Below are positions 1 to 9,037 of a stretch of DNA of 55,381 bases, in pieces. Below the pieces are notes generated by a model. The model saw only the letters and a list, made by a program, of their open reading frames with translations. It had not been told where the DNA came from and did not search any database. Source of the DNA: a virus; the IMG/VR virus record IMGVR_UViG_3300000302_000006, positions 1 through 55,381 of that record; one strand, written 5' to 3'. Position numbers and translations under genes: made by a program. Every line of letters begins with the position of its first letter. Positions within the stretch are counted from its first letter, which is position 1.

Positions 1-54
1 GAGGACAAAGCCCTTTCAAGGCTTAAATGCACGGTTCAAATCCGGCGGGAGTCA
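1..54. repeat. Terminal direct repeat, identical to 55328..55381; assembly overlap of a circular or circularly permuted genome
   Basis: Read directly: the 54 nt gaggacaaag...gcgggagtca occur at both ends. It is the 3' two-thirds of the tRNA at 55309..55381. Confidence 0.9.
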
Positions 55-243
55 TTTTTCCACCAAACATGATATGCAACCTACTAGCAGAGTCATGTAA
101 AAAACTTTTCCAGAGAGATAAGACCATTGACCGTGAGGAGTAGTAGTCGGTGATTCTGGAAGATTCCCGGAAGTATATATGAAACGCAGACACCTTTATG
201 GTCGTATGAAAGAGCTGCAAGGTGGTTTTTCATGGGAATGTAA

Positions 244-315
244 TGTGGTATCGCCAAGTGGTAAGGCACAGGACTTTGAATTCTGTATTCGTTGGTTCAA
301 ATCCAACTACCACAG
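244..315 (+). tRNA. tRNA-Gln (anticodon TTG)
   Basis: Hand-folded cloverleaf. Acceptor TGTGGTA/TACCACA, D-arm GCC-AAGTGGTAA-GGC, anticodon stem CAGGA/TTCTG with loop CTTTGAA, T-arm GTTGG-TTCAAAT-CCAAC. Resembles Firmicute tRNA-Gln. Confidence 0.85.
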
Positions 316-434
316 TTGCAGAGTTTTAGTTGCGGAGTTCTCTGCGAAAATCAGGTGCGTATTCGGAAACTGTCGCACAAAGAACCGTAACAGATGAGCG
401 TTGCCGCCTTTCTTAAATGTAACGCTCATGCTAA

Positions 435-507
435 GCCGACATAGCTCAATAGGGAGAGCAGTTACCTTGTAAGCAACAGGTTACAGGTTCGACTCCGGTT
501 GTCGGCT
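435..507 (+). tRNA. tRNA-Thr (anticodon TGT)
   Basis: Acceptor GCCGACA/TGTCGGC, D-arm GCTC-AATAGGGA-GAGC, anticodon loop CTTGTAA, T-arm ACAGG-TTCGACT-CCGGT. There is one mismatch in the anticodon stem and one in the T stem. Confidence 0.75.
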
Positions 508-524
508 TTATGAGGTGAGAAATT

Positions 525-743
525 ATGATTGTAAACATGGGTGAGAATACATATAAAATGTCAAGAAATCAGTTCAATACTCTTTTGGAAACGGCAAAAA
601 AGTGCATGCCTTTTGGAGTTTACGCCATTGAGAAAAAGAAAGTGGCGATTATGCTGAATGAAAGACCGAAAGACAAAGATGATTTATTGAAACAGATAGA
701 AGAGTATAAATCGAAAGGATTTAAAGTTTATTATAATGGGTGA
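525..743 (+). CDS. hypothetical protein (72 aa)
   Basis: ORF with GAGGTG Shine-Dalgarno upstream. No recognisable motif. Confidence 0.5.
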   Translation: MIVNMGENTYKMSRNQFNTLLETAKKCMPFGVYAIEKKKVAIMLNERPKDKDDLLKQIEEYKSKGFKVYYNG

Positions 744-954
744 GAGAATGAGTATAGCAGACGTAATACGCAGTATTGAGCGTGAAATGTATATAAATTC
801 AGTTAAGAAAGGAAACAGCGATAATGGCGACAGAGAGGGAAATCGAGAGGAAAATCATAGAAAACGCCGGACAAATGGCGCGGATTCTTGTGAAAGGGAA
901 AGACTGCGAGATAAGAAAATCAGCAAGCGGAGTCAGCATAGCGGAAGTGAGTAA
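736..954 (+). CDS. hypothetical ORF; the C-terminal two-thirds is low-complexity R/E/N and may be spurious
   Basis: ORF-track entry. It overlaps a more protein-like alternative frame (824..973). Confidence 0.3.
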   Translation: MGERMSIADVIRSIEREMYINSVKKGNSDNGDREGNREENHRKRRTNGADSCERERLRDKKISKRSQHSGSE

Positions 955-973
955 AAAGGTGGTATTACGGTAA
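824..973 (+). CDS. small hypothetical protein (49 aa, MATEREIERKIIENAGQMARILVKGKDCEIRK...)
   Basis: My own translation of the alternative frame. The composition is more protein-like than the overlapping 736..954 frame, but the SD is weak. Confidence 0.35.
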   Translation: MATEREIERKIIENAGQMARILVKGKDCEIRKSASGVSIAEVSKKVVLR

Positions 974-1330
974 ATGGAATGCAAGTATAGCATAAATCCA
1001 AATATCGAACATGGACTTTGCTGTAAGTGTGCAAAGTTTTTCCGGGATTTAAGTGGAATTATAGTATGCCATGATGGGCATACAGTGATTACAGAATCGC
1101 ATCTGATTTCTGTGGAAAACTGCGAGCATTTTATTCCAATAGCTGGGGTTTCTGTTTATGAAAATATGAGTGATTCACAAAGAGAAAGATATAAAATCTC
1201 GTTAAGAGACACATGGAATCAGTGGGAGTCATTAGGGAAAATAATTCAAGGAAGCGGAATTGAAAACTGCGAGCAATTTATAGAAGAATCCATTAAAATA
1301 ATTAAAAGTATGGATATAAATTCAATATAA
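974..1330 (+). CDS. hypothetical Cys-containing protein (118 aa)
   Basis: ORF only. Confidence 0.5.
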   Translation: MECKYSINPNIEHGLCCKCAKFFRDLSGIIVCHDGHTVITESHLISVENCEHFIPIAGVSVYENMSDSQRERYKISLRDTWNQWESLGKIIQGSGIENCEQFIEESIKIIKSMDINSI

Positions 1331-1422
1331 ATCTTAAGGCATATTCGATATGGAGGATATGCAACAAGTCAAGAGAGCGACTTCTTTTTTAGGTTACAGA
1401 AACAGGAGGTCGTTCTTTTTCT

Positions 1423-3192
1423 ATGTCAAGTCAATATCTTCAGGATAAAGTTTCCGAATATGAAAATTACATAGCGAGAAAAGGCGTTGATGAGTCTGTG
1501 ATTGATGCTATGGCAGATGCGGTTAAATGGGCGATTTACAAAGAAAATGAAATAGAATATGGGCTTAAAGTTTCTGCAAGAGCAAAAGAACTAATTGAGA
1601 GCTTCGTTTTGACTAATTCAGGTGGAACTTTGGACGATTTAGAAGTATACGCCGCAGAAAACGATACGGAATACAAGATTGTGAATGATTATTATGCAAT
1701 TTTACAGTGCGAATCTCCGTATTTAGTCGATAGCTTTTTTAGATACATAGAAGCAGACGAGAAAGACCCGTATAAACGATTTTATTTTCCGAGAAGAAAA
1801 GTTTTAAAGCCTGTTGTGTCTGCGTATCAAGAAATTTATGATGGAAAACTTGATTTTTTATCAGTTTCGCAGCCTAAAAGAACTGGAAAAACCACCGGGG
1901 GATTAAAACTTGCTCAAATGATGGGAGGGCGTGATCCTGACGGAAGTATTTTTGCAGTCGGAAAGGGAGAAGGACTCGTAAAACGATTCTACGGCGGGCT
2001 TTTGCAATCGTTTGAAAATGAAAGTACATATCAAAGGTTTCTTTCTGTATTTCCAGAAGCAAAAAAAATCGGAGAAAAAGACTACAAAAGTGCAGAGAAC
2101 TTATCAATAGATCTGAAAAGAAAAAATATTTTTCCGACATATACTTGTCGTCCGATTGACGGCGCGATTGTTGGATGTACAGAAGCAAATGTGCTTGTTT
2201 ACATTGATGACTGTGTAAAAAATCACGAAGAGGCAAGGAACAGGGATAGACTAGAGTTTCTTTGCGAAAAAGTGACAGATGATGTTCTCGGAAGAAGATT
2301 AGAGGGAACGCCGATTATTATACAGGGTACAAAATATAGTCTTTACGACCCGATTACAGCACTTCAAGCAAAAGCGGACGAACTGGGATGGCGTTGGAAA
2401 GAAGTTGCTATTCCCGCTCTCGACCCCATTTCTGATGAAAGCAACTGGGAAATTTACAGAAAAGATAAAAAAGGTCTCAGGAAAATCTTTACGACTGATT
2501 ACTACAGAAAAGAGAGAATGCTTGTATCTGAGGAAACATGGGCGGCAGAGTTTCAGCAAGAGCCTTATGAAGCAAAAGGCAGAATGTTTCCAGAAAAAGA
2601 ACTTAATTATTTTGAAGAGCTTCCTGTTGACCGAGAACCAGATGCAATTATGGCAGCTTGCGACAGCGCGGATAAGGGAGAAGATAGCTGTTCAATGCCG
2701 GTTGGATATGTGTATGGAAACGAAGTTTACATTGTTGATGTTGTTTTTGACAACGCAGGAGTACAGTTTACCAAACCTGAATGTGCAAATATGTTGATAA
2801 AACACAATGTAAAAACGGTTACGTTTGAGAGTAATAGCGCAGGAGAGTATTTTGGACGAGATGTAATGGATATTGTAAAAACACAGGGCGGAAGATGTAG
2901 TGCAAGATATAAATTCAACTGTGCGAACAAAATTACAAGAATGGAAAATGCAAGGGATAATATTATCAGGGACTATTATTTCAGAGATTTCAAAAAAATG
3001 GACAGAAACAGTCAGTATTACAAGTTTATGAAAGAACTGACTACCATGACACGAACTGGAAAAGTAAAACATGATGATGCGCCGGATTCCATTTCTTTGT
3101 TTGAAAATGAAATGCGAACAGGCACTGTTGCAAGAGTAGAAGCCGTACGAAACCCATTTAGAAGCCATAACGCAGGATATTATGGGAGGTAA
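1423..3192 (+). CDS. terL: terminase large subunit
   Basis: 589 aa. Walker A-like SQPKRTGKTT, Walker B-like VLVYIDD, C-terminal acidic nuclease-type region. Lies upstream of the portal gene. Confidence 0.9.
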   Translation: MSSQYLQDKVSEYENYIARKGVDESVIDAMADAVKWAIYKENEIEYGLKVSARAKELIESFVLTNSGGTLDDLEVYAAENDTEYKIVNDYYAILQCESPYLVDSFFRYIEADEKDPYKRFYFPRRKVLKPVVSAYQEIYDGKLDFLSVSQPKRTGKTTGGLKLAQMMGGRDPDGSIFAVGKGEGLVKRFYGGLLQSFENESTYQRFLSVFPEAKKIGEKDYKSAENLSIDLKRKNIFPTYTCRPIDGAIVGCTEANVLVYIDDCVKNHEEARNRDRLEFLCEKVTDDVLGRRLEGTPIIIQGTKYSLYDPITALQAKADELGWRWKEVAIPALDPISDESNWEIYRKDKKGLRKIFTTDYYRKERMLVSEETWAAEFQQEPYEAKGRMFPEKELNYFEELPVDREPDAIMAACDSADKGEDSCSMPVGYVYGNEVYIVDVVFDNAGVQFTKPECANMLIKHNVKTVTFESNSAGEYFGRDVMDIVKTQGGRCSARYKFNCANKITRMENARDNIIRDYYFRDFKKMDRNSQYYKFMKELTTMTRTGKVKHDDAPDSISLFENEMRTGTVARVEAVRNPFRSHNAGYYGR

Positions 3193-3195
3193 TAC

Positions 3196-3609
3196 ATGAA
3201 AGCAAAGCAATATTTACTTCAAATTGATTATTACGATAAAAGGATTACAAATAAACTTTCTGAGCTTGCGCAATGGAGAACACTTGCATCTAGCACAGGA
3301 TCGCAGACTGACGGAGAACGAGTTCAGACAAGCCCAAAAGATAGACTGTCAACGGTCGTGAGTAAAATTGTTGATATTGAACGAGAAATTGATTTTCTAA
3401 TAGATGAGTATACAGAAAAAAAGCAGGAAATCATAAGAACAATAGAAAGCATTGACAATACCAATTATTACGATTTGCTTTTCAAGGTTTACATAGAGCA
3501 TAAATTTTTACATGAAGCTGCTGCTGAAATGAATTATTCTTATACCAGAGTTCGTCATATGCATAAAGAAGCACTCAATTCTGTTGATAAAATTATAAAT
3601 AGCACATAA
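3196..3609 (+). CDS. sigma-region-4-like / DUF1492-ArpU-type phage transcriptional regulator
   Basis: 137 aa. N-terminal coiled segment plus a C-terminal HTH-like EAAAEMNYSYTRVRHMHKEAL, the pattern typical of Gram-positive phage late regulators. Confidence 0.55.
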   Translation: MKAKQYLLQIDYYDKRITNKLSELAQWRTLASSTGSQTDGERVQTSPKDRLSTVVSKIVDIEREIDFLIDEYTEKKQEIIRTIESIDNTNYYDLLFKVYIEHKFLHEAAAEMNYSYTRVRHMHKEALNSVDKIINST

Positions 3610-3636
3610 TAGCACACTTTAGCACAACATAGCACA
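3600..3636 (+). repeat. Four TAGCACA boxes at exact 10-bp spacing (3600, 3610, 3620, 3630)
   Basis: Read directly: aTAGCACAtaaTAGCACActtTAGCACAacaTAGCACAta, overlapping the stop codon of 3196..3609. Confidence 0.8.
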
Positions 3637-3722
3637 TAAAAAATATGATAGTATTAGAATTGGAAACAGAGACAACAAGTTACTTTTTTCATAATTTACA
3701 TCCTTTCATTAAGTACGGAGAG

Positions 3723-3751
3723 AGCATCGTTTAAATAAACGGTGCTTTTTT
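3723..3751 (+). terminator. rho-independent terminator
   Basis: 10-bp stem AGCATCGTTT/AAACGGTGCT, 4-nt loop, followed by T5. Confidence 0.7.
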
Positions 3752-3770
3752 CGTGCAGAAAAGAGATAAC

Positions 3771-3971
3771 ATGAACGAATATATTTCAAAAACAATATAC
3801 TGCCCGAAGTGCGGTCGGAAATGCGGCACTTATGATGGCAGATCAACAATTGATAAGGTATGCAGATGTAAGAAATGCAATAAACGCATTGTATATCATA
3901 TTGCAACTGGAGAAGTAGAGAGAAAAGACATTCCGAAGAGAAATTGTAGTTCTGGAATGATATTTGTGTAA
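3771..3971 (+). CDS. zinc-ribbon protein (Mu Com-like CxxC...CxxC)
   Basis: YCPKCGRKCG...CRCKKCNKRIVYH. 66 aa, immediately upstream of the portal gene. Confidence 0.55.
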   Translation: MNEYISKTIYCPKCGRKCGTYDGRSTIDKVCRCKKCNKRIVYHIATGEVERKDIPKRNCSSGMIFV

Positions 3972-3985
3972 AAGGCGGGTAAGCA

Positions 3986-5461
3986 ATGAACGATAAAAGC
4001 CTGCAAGACCTTGTTAAAGGCAGATACGGACGAAAAATTGCATATGCAGACGTTGAGACGATTACTTCTGAAAATGTTTTAGAGGTTGTGTCGGAAAATA
4101 TAGGAATTTTTAACTTTAACAGAGGAATCACCAAGTATCTGTGGGACTACAAAAAAGGCGATCAGCCGGTACTTTACCGGACAAAGGTTGAAAGAGACGA
4201 CATTATCAATAAAGTGGTAGAAAACCATGCTTACGAAATTGTTCAGTTTAATGTAGCGCAGACTTACGGCGAACCGATTCAGTATGTAAGCACACAAGAC
4301 AGCGAAGAAGTAAACGATTCTGTTGATACGTTTAATGATTATATGAAAAGAGCCTTTAAGCATCAAAGGAATGTAGCACAAGGCGAATGGAAATCTGCTA
4401 CTGGAACATCATTTCTTGCGGTACAAAAGACGGGAAATAAAGACAAGCCGTTCAGAATTGTAGTTCCTACACCCATGAATACGTTCGCTATCTATTCTTC
4501 TTACACGGGAGAGCACATACTTTCTGTTCAGGAATTGAAAGACACAGACGGACACCAATATTATCTCTGCTTTTCTGAAAACATGGAATTTAAAATCAAA
4601 AACGGGAAAGTAGTAGACCATAAACCACACGGATTTGGCGGAATCCCTATCGTAGAGATACCGAATAATCAGGATCGGTTGTCTGATATAGAAATTGTCA
4701 TTACTCTGCTTGATAGTATAAACACTATGCAAAGCAACCGCATGGACGGCGTTGAACAGTTCGTCCAGGCTTGGATCAAGTTTGTGAATTGCGAAGTTGA
4801 CGAAGAGCAGTTCCAGAAAATGAAAATGCTCGGTGCGCTTGTAGTTAAATCAAATAACGGTTCAGATAATAAAGCTGATGTAGATGTAATGACAAACGAA
4901 CTTGACCAGACTCAGTGTCAGGTCGCAAAAGATGATATCTGGGATAATGCACTGAGCATCTTGGCGATCCCGTCTAAACAGGGAAATACCGGAGGAGATA
5001 CGCAGGGAGCGGTAGAGCTTCGTAATGGATGGGATTTCTCTAAAAACAGGGCAAAATTAAAAGACGCTTATGTTATTGAGGCGGAAGAAAAATTAGCAGA
5101 TGTGGCATTGAATATTCTTCGAATAGAGGGACAATCGCTGAATATTACATCAAATGATTTTGAGGTAAATATTCCGCACAGCCCACAGGATAACATGACC
5201 GTAAAGGCGAATGTATTTTTACTTTTGGTGCAAGCCGGCATTCATCCGTTGATTGCAATTAAGACTTGTGGACTTTGGAATGATGCGGAAAAGGTATTCC
5301 TCATGTCAAAGCCGTATCTTGATGCAAAATATAAGACGATAGATGAAATGATTTCTGAAATTCCTAATTCAGAGGAACAGATAAAGAAAGCAGAAGAAAT
5401 CAAAAATAATCTTGAAAAACAGGATAACGAGAAACAGGGAAAAAAGACAGTTACCGAGTAA
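3986..5461 (+). CDS. portal protein (SPP1 gp6-like size and position)
   Basis: 491 aa. Position between terL and scaffold; acidic C-terminus. Confidence 0.8.
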   Translation: MNDKSLQDLVKGRYGRKIAYADVETITSENVLEVVSENIGIFNFNRGITKYLWDYKKGDQPVLYRTKVERDDIINKVVENHAYEIVQFNVAQTYGEPIQYVSTQDSEEVNDSVDTFNDYMKRAFKHQRNVAQGEWKSATGTSFLAVQKTGNKDKPFRIVVPTPMNTFAIYSSYTGEHILSVQELKDTDGHQYYLCFSENMEFKIKNGKVVDHKPHGFGGIPIVEIPNNQDRLSDIEIVITLLDSINTMQSNRMDGVEQFVQAWIKFVNCEVDEEQFQKMKMLGALVVKSNNGSDNKADVDVMTNELDQTQCQVAKDDIWDNALSILAIPSKQGNTGGDTQGAVELRNGWDFSKNRAKLKDAYVIEAEEKLADVALNILRIEGQSLNITSNDFEVNIPHSPQDNMTVKANVFLLLVQAGIHPLIAIKTCGLWNDAEKVFLMSKPYLDAKYKTIDEMISEIPNSEEQIKKAEEIKNNLEKQDNEKQGKKTVTE

Positions 5462-5568
5462 ATCGGCGGCTGTCTTTTTCTATATAGCACCTATGCGTTA
5501 AATAGGAAAAGTTTAATCCATGCTGAGAGAACAGTGTTAAAAAATGTAGATTTTTGGAGGTAATCAAA

Positions 5569-6147
5569 ATGACAAGAGAAGAAGCAAAACAGAATCTTAT
5601 TGCGCTCGGAATCGCAGAGCCGACAGATGAACAGGTTACAGGTTATTTAAATCAGTTCCATAATCAGCCGAAACCGAATCCGACACCAGCTCCTACACCA
5701 ACGCCGACACCGGCACCGGCTCCTACGCCACAACCGAATCCGACTCCCGAACCGACACCGGGAAGCGGAGAGGATATCGAAGCACTGAGAAATCAGATTG
5801 CAGAGCTTCAGCGTGAAAACGTTCAGAAAGATATTCGGGCATACGCGGCAGAAAAAGGACTGACAGGCGAACAGGCGGAGAAAGTGCTTGCTGGATTTAA
5901 GGATGATCTTGAATCGGCAAAAGCGGCAATTGATTCAATGTCAGAGATTATCTCAGCTAGAGAAACATCCGCTGCGCAGGCAAAAGAAAAAGAAATTCTT
6001 GATAAAAGCACGAATCCGGGCGGAGGTTCCGGCGGTTCAGGCGGCGGAGGAGACGATAAGCCGGAAGATGTGAAAAATGCAGAGCAAATCTCATTTGGAA
6101 GCAAAGCGGCAAATCAGTCTGAAAAAGATTATTACGTTATGAAATAA
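5569..6147 (+). CDS. scaffolding protein with Pro/Thr-rich linker
   Basis: GGAGG SD 8 nt upstream. Helical, acidic protein with PKPNPTPAPTPTPTPAPAPTPQPNPTPEPTP and a poly-Gly/Ser tract. Lies before the capsid gene. Confidence 0.7.
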   Translation: MTREEAKQNLIALGIAEPTDEQVTGYLNQFHNQPKPNPTPAPTPTPTPAPAPTPQPNPTPEPTPGSGEDIEALRNQIAELQRENVQKDIRAYAAEKGLTGEQAEKVLAGFKDDLESAKAAIDSMSEIISARETSAAQAKEKEILDKSTNPGGGSGGSGGGGDDKPEDVKNAEQISFGSKAANQSEKDYYVMK

Positions 6148-6160
6148 GGAGGTAAACACA

Positions 6161-6511
6161 ATGGGAAAACCGATTATCCATGAATACGGACAGGAAAAAG
6201 GAATTTTAAAATTTTTCCCGTATCAGGGCGCGGCTTGCGTTGTTCCGCAGAGTATGCAGTCCAGTGCTGATGCAAACGGATACAAGATCGTTCCTGCTGG
6301 TACGCCGTTTCCGTCAAATGATGCAAATTGCCTTGGATATCTGCTCCATTCAGTAGATGTAACTCAGGGAGATGCGCCGGGAACTTATGTTTTTGACGGA
6401 ACAATTGACTGGGAAAAGGTAAAGACCCTTTCACCTACGATTGCTGACGCGGCAAGAAAAGCGACTCCGAGAGTCACATTTTACGGAGCACCTGCAATAG
6501 CGGGGGAATAG
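6161..6511 (+). CDS. head decoration / head fibre-type protein (short form)
   Basis: 116 aa between scaffold and major capsid genes, with a strong SD. Confidence 0.6.
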   Translation: MGKPIIHEYGQEKGILKFFPYQGAACVVPQSMQSSADANGYKIVPAGTPFPSNDANCLGYLLHSVDVTQGDAPGTYVFDGTIDWEKVKTLSPTIADAARKATPRVTFYGAPAIAGE

Positions 6512-6882
6512 TATCTCCTGACATAGAAATACCGGCGGCAGGTCAGGAGTTATACGGTAAGACCGTTGGAGAGATGGTCGAGGACGGTATGAAAGTCCTT
6601 GAAGATGGGACTGTAAAAGGGACATTTAAGCATGTCACTGGATATACGGGTTTTAATGCGTCTGAACCGGATGAGCAAGAAGGATACTTTTTCCCGTTTT
6701 CGCTCAAGAACTCCGGTACAACAATGACATTTAAGAAAAACGGATCACCTGTGAAAGAAGGAATCGCATATGAAAAAGATAATGTTTTCCGGGTGACATC
6801 TTCAGACACATTTACAGTTTCAGTTGATAATGAGGATGTAATTACATTCAAATTCAATCAGGCAAATTTTAACGAAGAGTAA
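6448..6882 (+). CDS. -1 frame extension encoding an Ig-like domain, probably fused to 6161..6511 by ribosomal frameshifting
   Basis: The -1 frame is open from 6448. It has no ATG/GTG/TTG before 6574, and that ATG has no usable SD spacing. The translation (GTVKGTFKHVTGYTGFN...) looks like a phage Ig-like domain. Confidence 0.55.
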   Translation, partial: RGKKSDSESHILRSTCNSGGIVSPDIEIPAAGQELYGKTVGEMVEDGMKVLEDGTVKGTFKHVTGYTGFNASEPDEQEGYFFPFSLKNSGTTMTFKKNGSPVKEGIAYEKDNVFRVTSSDTFTVSVDNEDVITFKFNQANFNEE

Positions 6883-6900
6883 TAAAGGAGGTAAAGCACA

Positions 6901-7989
6901 ATGGCATTACCATTAAGAGATGCATTTACGGCAAGAAGTCTCGGAGTAATGTGGGACAACTATCAGGCTTCGCTTGGACTTCCGCCGTATCTTGGTCGGT
7001 CGAAGTTTGGAACACGAAAGCAGGACAGTCTTGATCTGAGATTCATTAAAGGGAAAAACGGGCTTCCGGTGTCACTGAAAGCATCCAATTTTGACGCACA
7101 GGCAGAATTAAGAGATGTTGGCGGATTTTCCGACATTCAGAATCAGATGCCGTTCTTCCGTGAAAGCTACATGGTTACCGAAAAAGAAGAACAGGAGTAC
7201 GCAAACTATCAGGCAGCGGAAAATTCCAGTATGGCAAATCAGGTTCTTAGAGAAATTGCTAAAAAGCCTATGATCCTGATTCAGGGGGCAACGGTTGTAC
7301 CGGAGCGTCATATCTGGCAGTTGCTTGCGCCGTCTGATGGAGTCCCGAAAGTAACCGTTAAAATTGGAGACAAGTCTTATACAGTTGATTACACCGCAGA
7401 CGCAGGCGTAGAGCACAAGAAAGATCACTTCATTGAGATTACAACATCAAATGATAAGTGGAGCGCATCAGCGACCGCTACTCCGCTTGATGATCTGATT
7501 GAAGCGAGAAGAGAGTTTGCGAAGAAAACAGGGTATTCACTTACCAGATTTTCTATGAATACAGAGACGTTTGAGTTGATTCTCAAAGCGGAAGATACCA
7601 AAAAGCAGGTTCTTGGAATCACAGCATATACAGGCGGAATCAGGCTGAGACAGGAAGATGTTCTGACTTATCTTCGTGGATATGGAATTGAGATTGAAGT
7701 GTACGACAAGATGTACATTGATGAAGACGGAGATACTCAGTATTTCATTCCGACAAATATTGTATCCGCTCAGTCAGCGGGCGTATATCTTGGAGATTAT
7801 GTATTCGGAAGAACACCGGAAGAGAGAAGCGGAAGTACAACAGACGGGAATCTGTCTATTGTAGAAACCGGTATTGCCGTGTATACATATCAGACAAATC
7901 ATCCGATCAACACACACTGCGTAGTTTCCATGATTGGACTTCCAACATTTGAGGGAATGGATAGTGTCGTTGTTATGAAAGTGGCATAA
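6901..7989 (+). CDS. major capsid protein (protein E-like family)
   Basis: 362 aa with a strong SD, downstream of the scaffold gene. N-terminal pattern resembles the major capsid protein E family. Confidence 0.85.
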   Translation: MALPLRDAFTARSLGVMWDNYQASLGLPPYLGRSKFGTRKQDSLDLRFIKGKNGLPVSLKASNFDAQAELRDVGGFSDIQNQMPFFRESYMVTEKEEQEYANYQAAENSSMANQVLREIAKKPMILIQGATVVPERHIWQLLAPSDGVPKVTVKIGDKSYTVDYTADAGVEHKKDHFIEITTSNDKWSASATATPLDDLIEARREFAKKTGYSLTRFSMNTETFELILKAEDTKKQVLGITAYTGGIRLRQEDVLTYLRGYGIEIEVYDKMYIDEDGDTQYFIPTNIVSAQSAGVYLGDYVFGRTPEERSGSTTDGNLSIVETGIAVYTYQTNHPINTHCVVSMIGLPTFEGMDSVVVMKVA

Positions 7990-8002
7990 GGAGAGGTTTT
8001 GT

Positions 8003-8251
8003 ATGATTGCTACACACTTCACAAAAGTAAATGGAAAATGGTACAGAGCGGGGCAGGAAATCCCCGCTCTTTCTAACGAAACAGAAAACCCGGAGTCGGA
8101 GATTACGAAAAATCAGTATACTCGTACGGACATTAGTCGTATGCCAGTAGACGAACTTCGTAAACTGGCAGGAGAAACCGGAATTTCTGGCGCAGAAAGC
8201 ATGACTGGAGCTGATATCAAGAAAGCTCTGATTGATGCACTTAGCTTATAA
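8003..8251 (+). CDS. small head-associated protein with Rho-N/HeH-like motif
   Basis: MPVDELRKLAGETGISGAESMTGADIKKALI resembles SAP/HeH motifs. Confidence 0.5.
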   Translation: MIATHFTKVNGKWYRAGQEIPALSNETENPESEITKNQYTRTDISRMPVDELRKLAGETGISGAESMTGADIKKALIDALSL

Positions 8252-8262
8252 GGAGAATGAGA

Positions 8263-8628
8263 ATGTCAAATACGATTCTTGAACAGGTAAAAATCAGATT
8301 AAGACAATTTCATATTGAAAATCCTGAGACCGAGGATGAACAGATTGTGTTTGACAAACCGGAAGAAAATCCGATTCTGGAACAGTTGATTTCTCAGGCT
8401 ACGCAGGATGTAGTTGAATGTCGAAACTATCCTGAAAGTTATACAGTGAAGAAAATAGAAGATGATCTCAAAAAATACGATAGTGTAATCGTAAACCTTG
8501 TTCTGTATGACTACAACAAAGAGGGTGGAGAGTTTCAGGAATCATCATCTGAGAATGGAACGTCTCGGAGTTGGATTGACAGAGAGAAGCTTATGGCGGA
8601 TGTTATTCCGCTTGTGAAAGTGCTTTAA
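8263..8628 (+). CDS. head-tail connector (gp6-like)
   Basis: Position and size. AAGGAG SD 6 nt before the ATG at 8263. Confidence 0.55.
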   Translation: MSNTILEQVKIRLRQFHIENPETEDEQIVFDKPEENPILEQLISQATQDVVECRNYPESYTVKKIEDDLKKYDSVIVNLVLYDYNKEGGEFQESSSENGTSRSWIDREKLMADVIPLVKVL

Positions 8629-8660
8629 GAAGATTGTGCGTGCTTTTAAGTGCAGGGCAT

Positions 8661-9026
8661 ATGGCAGTAGAGGCGGAGGGTAGCCATATAAAAACAAATA
8701 TGGAGGTACGGGAATTGGATGCACCAATTACACGCGGTGAGTATGAAGAGTTTACGAAACGTATGCATGACGAACACAAACGACTTCATTACCGAATTAA
8801 CGACATTGAAAAAACGGTGGATAGAATCCAAGACTTGGCTCAATCAGTAGAACGCCTTGCCGTATCTATGGAAAACATGGCAGAAGAGCAAAAAGATCAG
8901 GGAAAACGCCTTAAAACTCTTGAGGGTAAAGATGGAGCCATGTGGAGAAAAGTTAGTGGATATGTAATCACAACAGTTGTGGGAGCTGTAGTGATGTTTG
9001 TTTTAATGCAGCTTGGTATTAGATAG
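8661..9026 (+). CDS. XhlA-like coiled-coil protein with C-terminal TM segment (start uncertain: 8634, 8661 or 8700)
   Basis: Coiled-coil region followed by WRKVSGYVITTVVGAVVMFVLMQLGI, directly upstream of the holin and amidase as in the PBSX xhlA-xhlB-xlyA cassette. Confidence 0.6.
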   Translation: MAVEAEGSHIKTNMEVRELDAPITRGEYEEFTKRMHDEHKRLHYRINDIEKTVDRIQDLAQSVERLAVSMENMAEEQKDQGKRLKTLEGKDGAMWRKVSGYVITTVVGAVVMFVLMQLGIR

Positions 9027-9037
9027 GAGGGATTATA

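Noticed and set aside
23-397. ORFs 23..220 (minus strand) and 179..397 (plus strand)
   Set aside because: They overlap tRNA genes, lack ribosome-binding sites, and have implausible composition.
394-429. A fourth tRNA between tRNA-Gln and tRNA-Thr
   Set aside because: Only a simple 9-bp hairpin is present (ATGAGCGTT/AACGCTCAT). There is no T-loop or acceptor pairing.
5680-5770. Pro/Thr-coding repeat and the Gly/Ser tracts (5680-5770 and 15230-15300) as unusual DNA repeats
   Set aside because: They are ordinary low-complexity linkers within the scaffold and tape-measure proteins.
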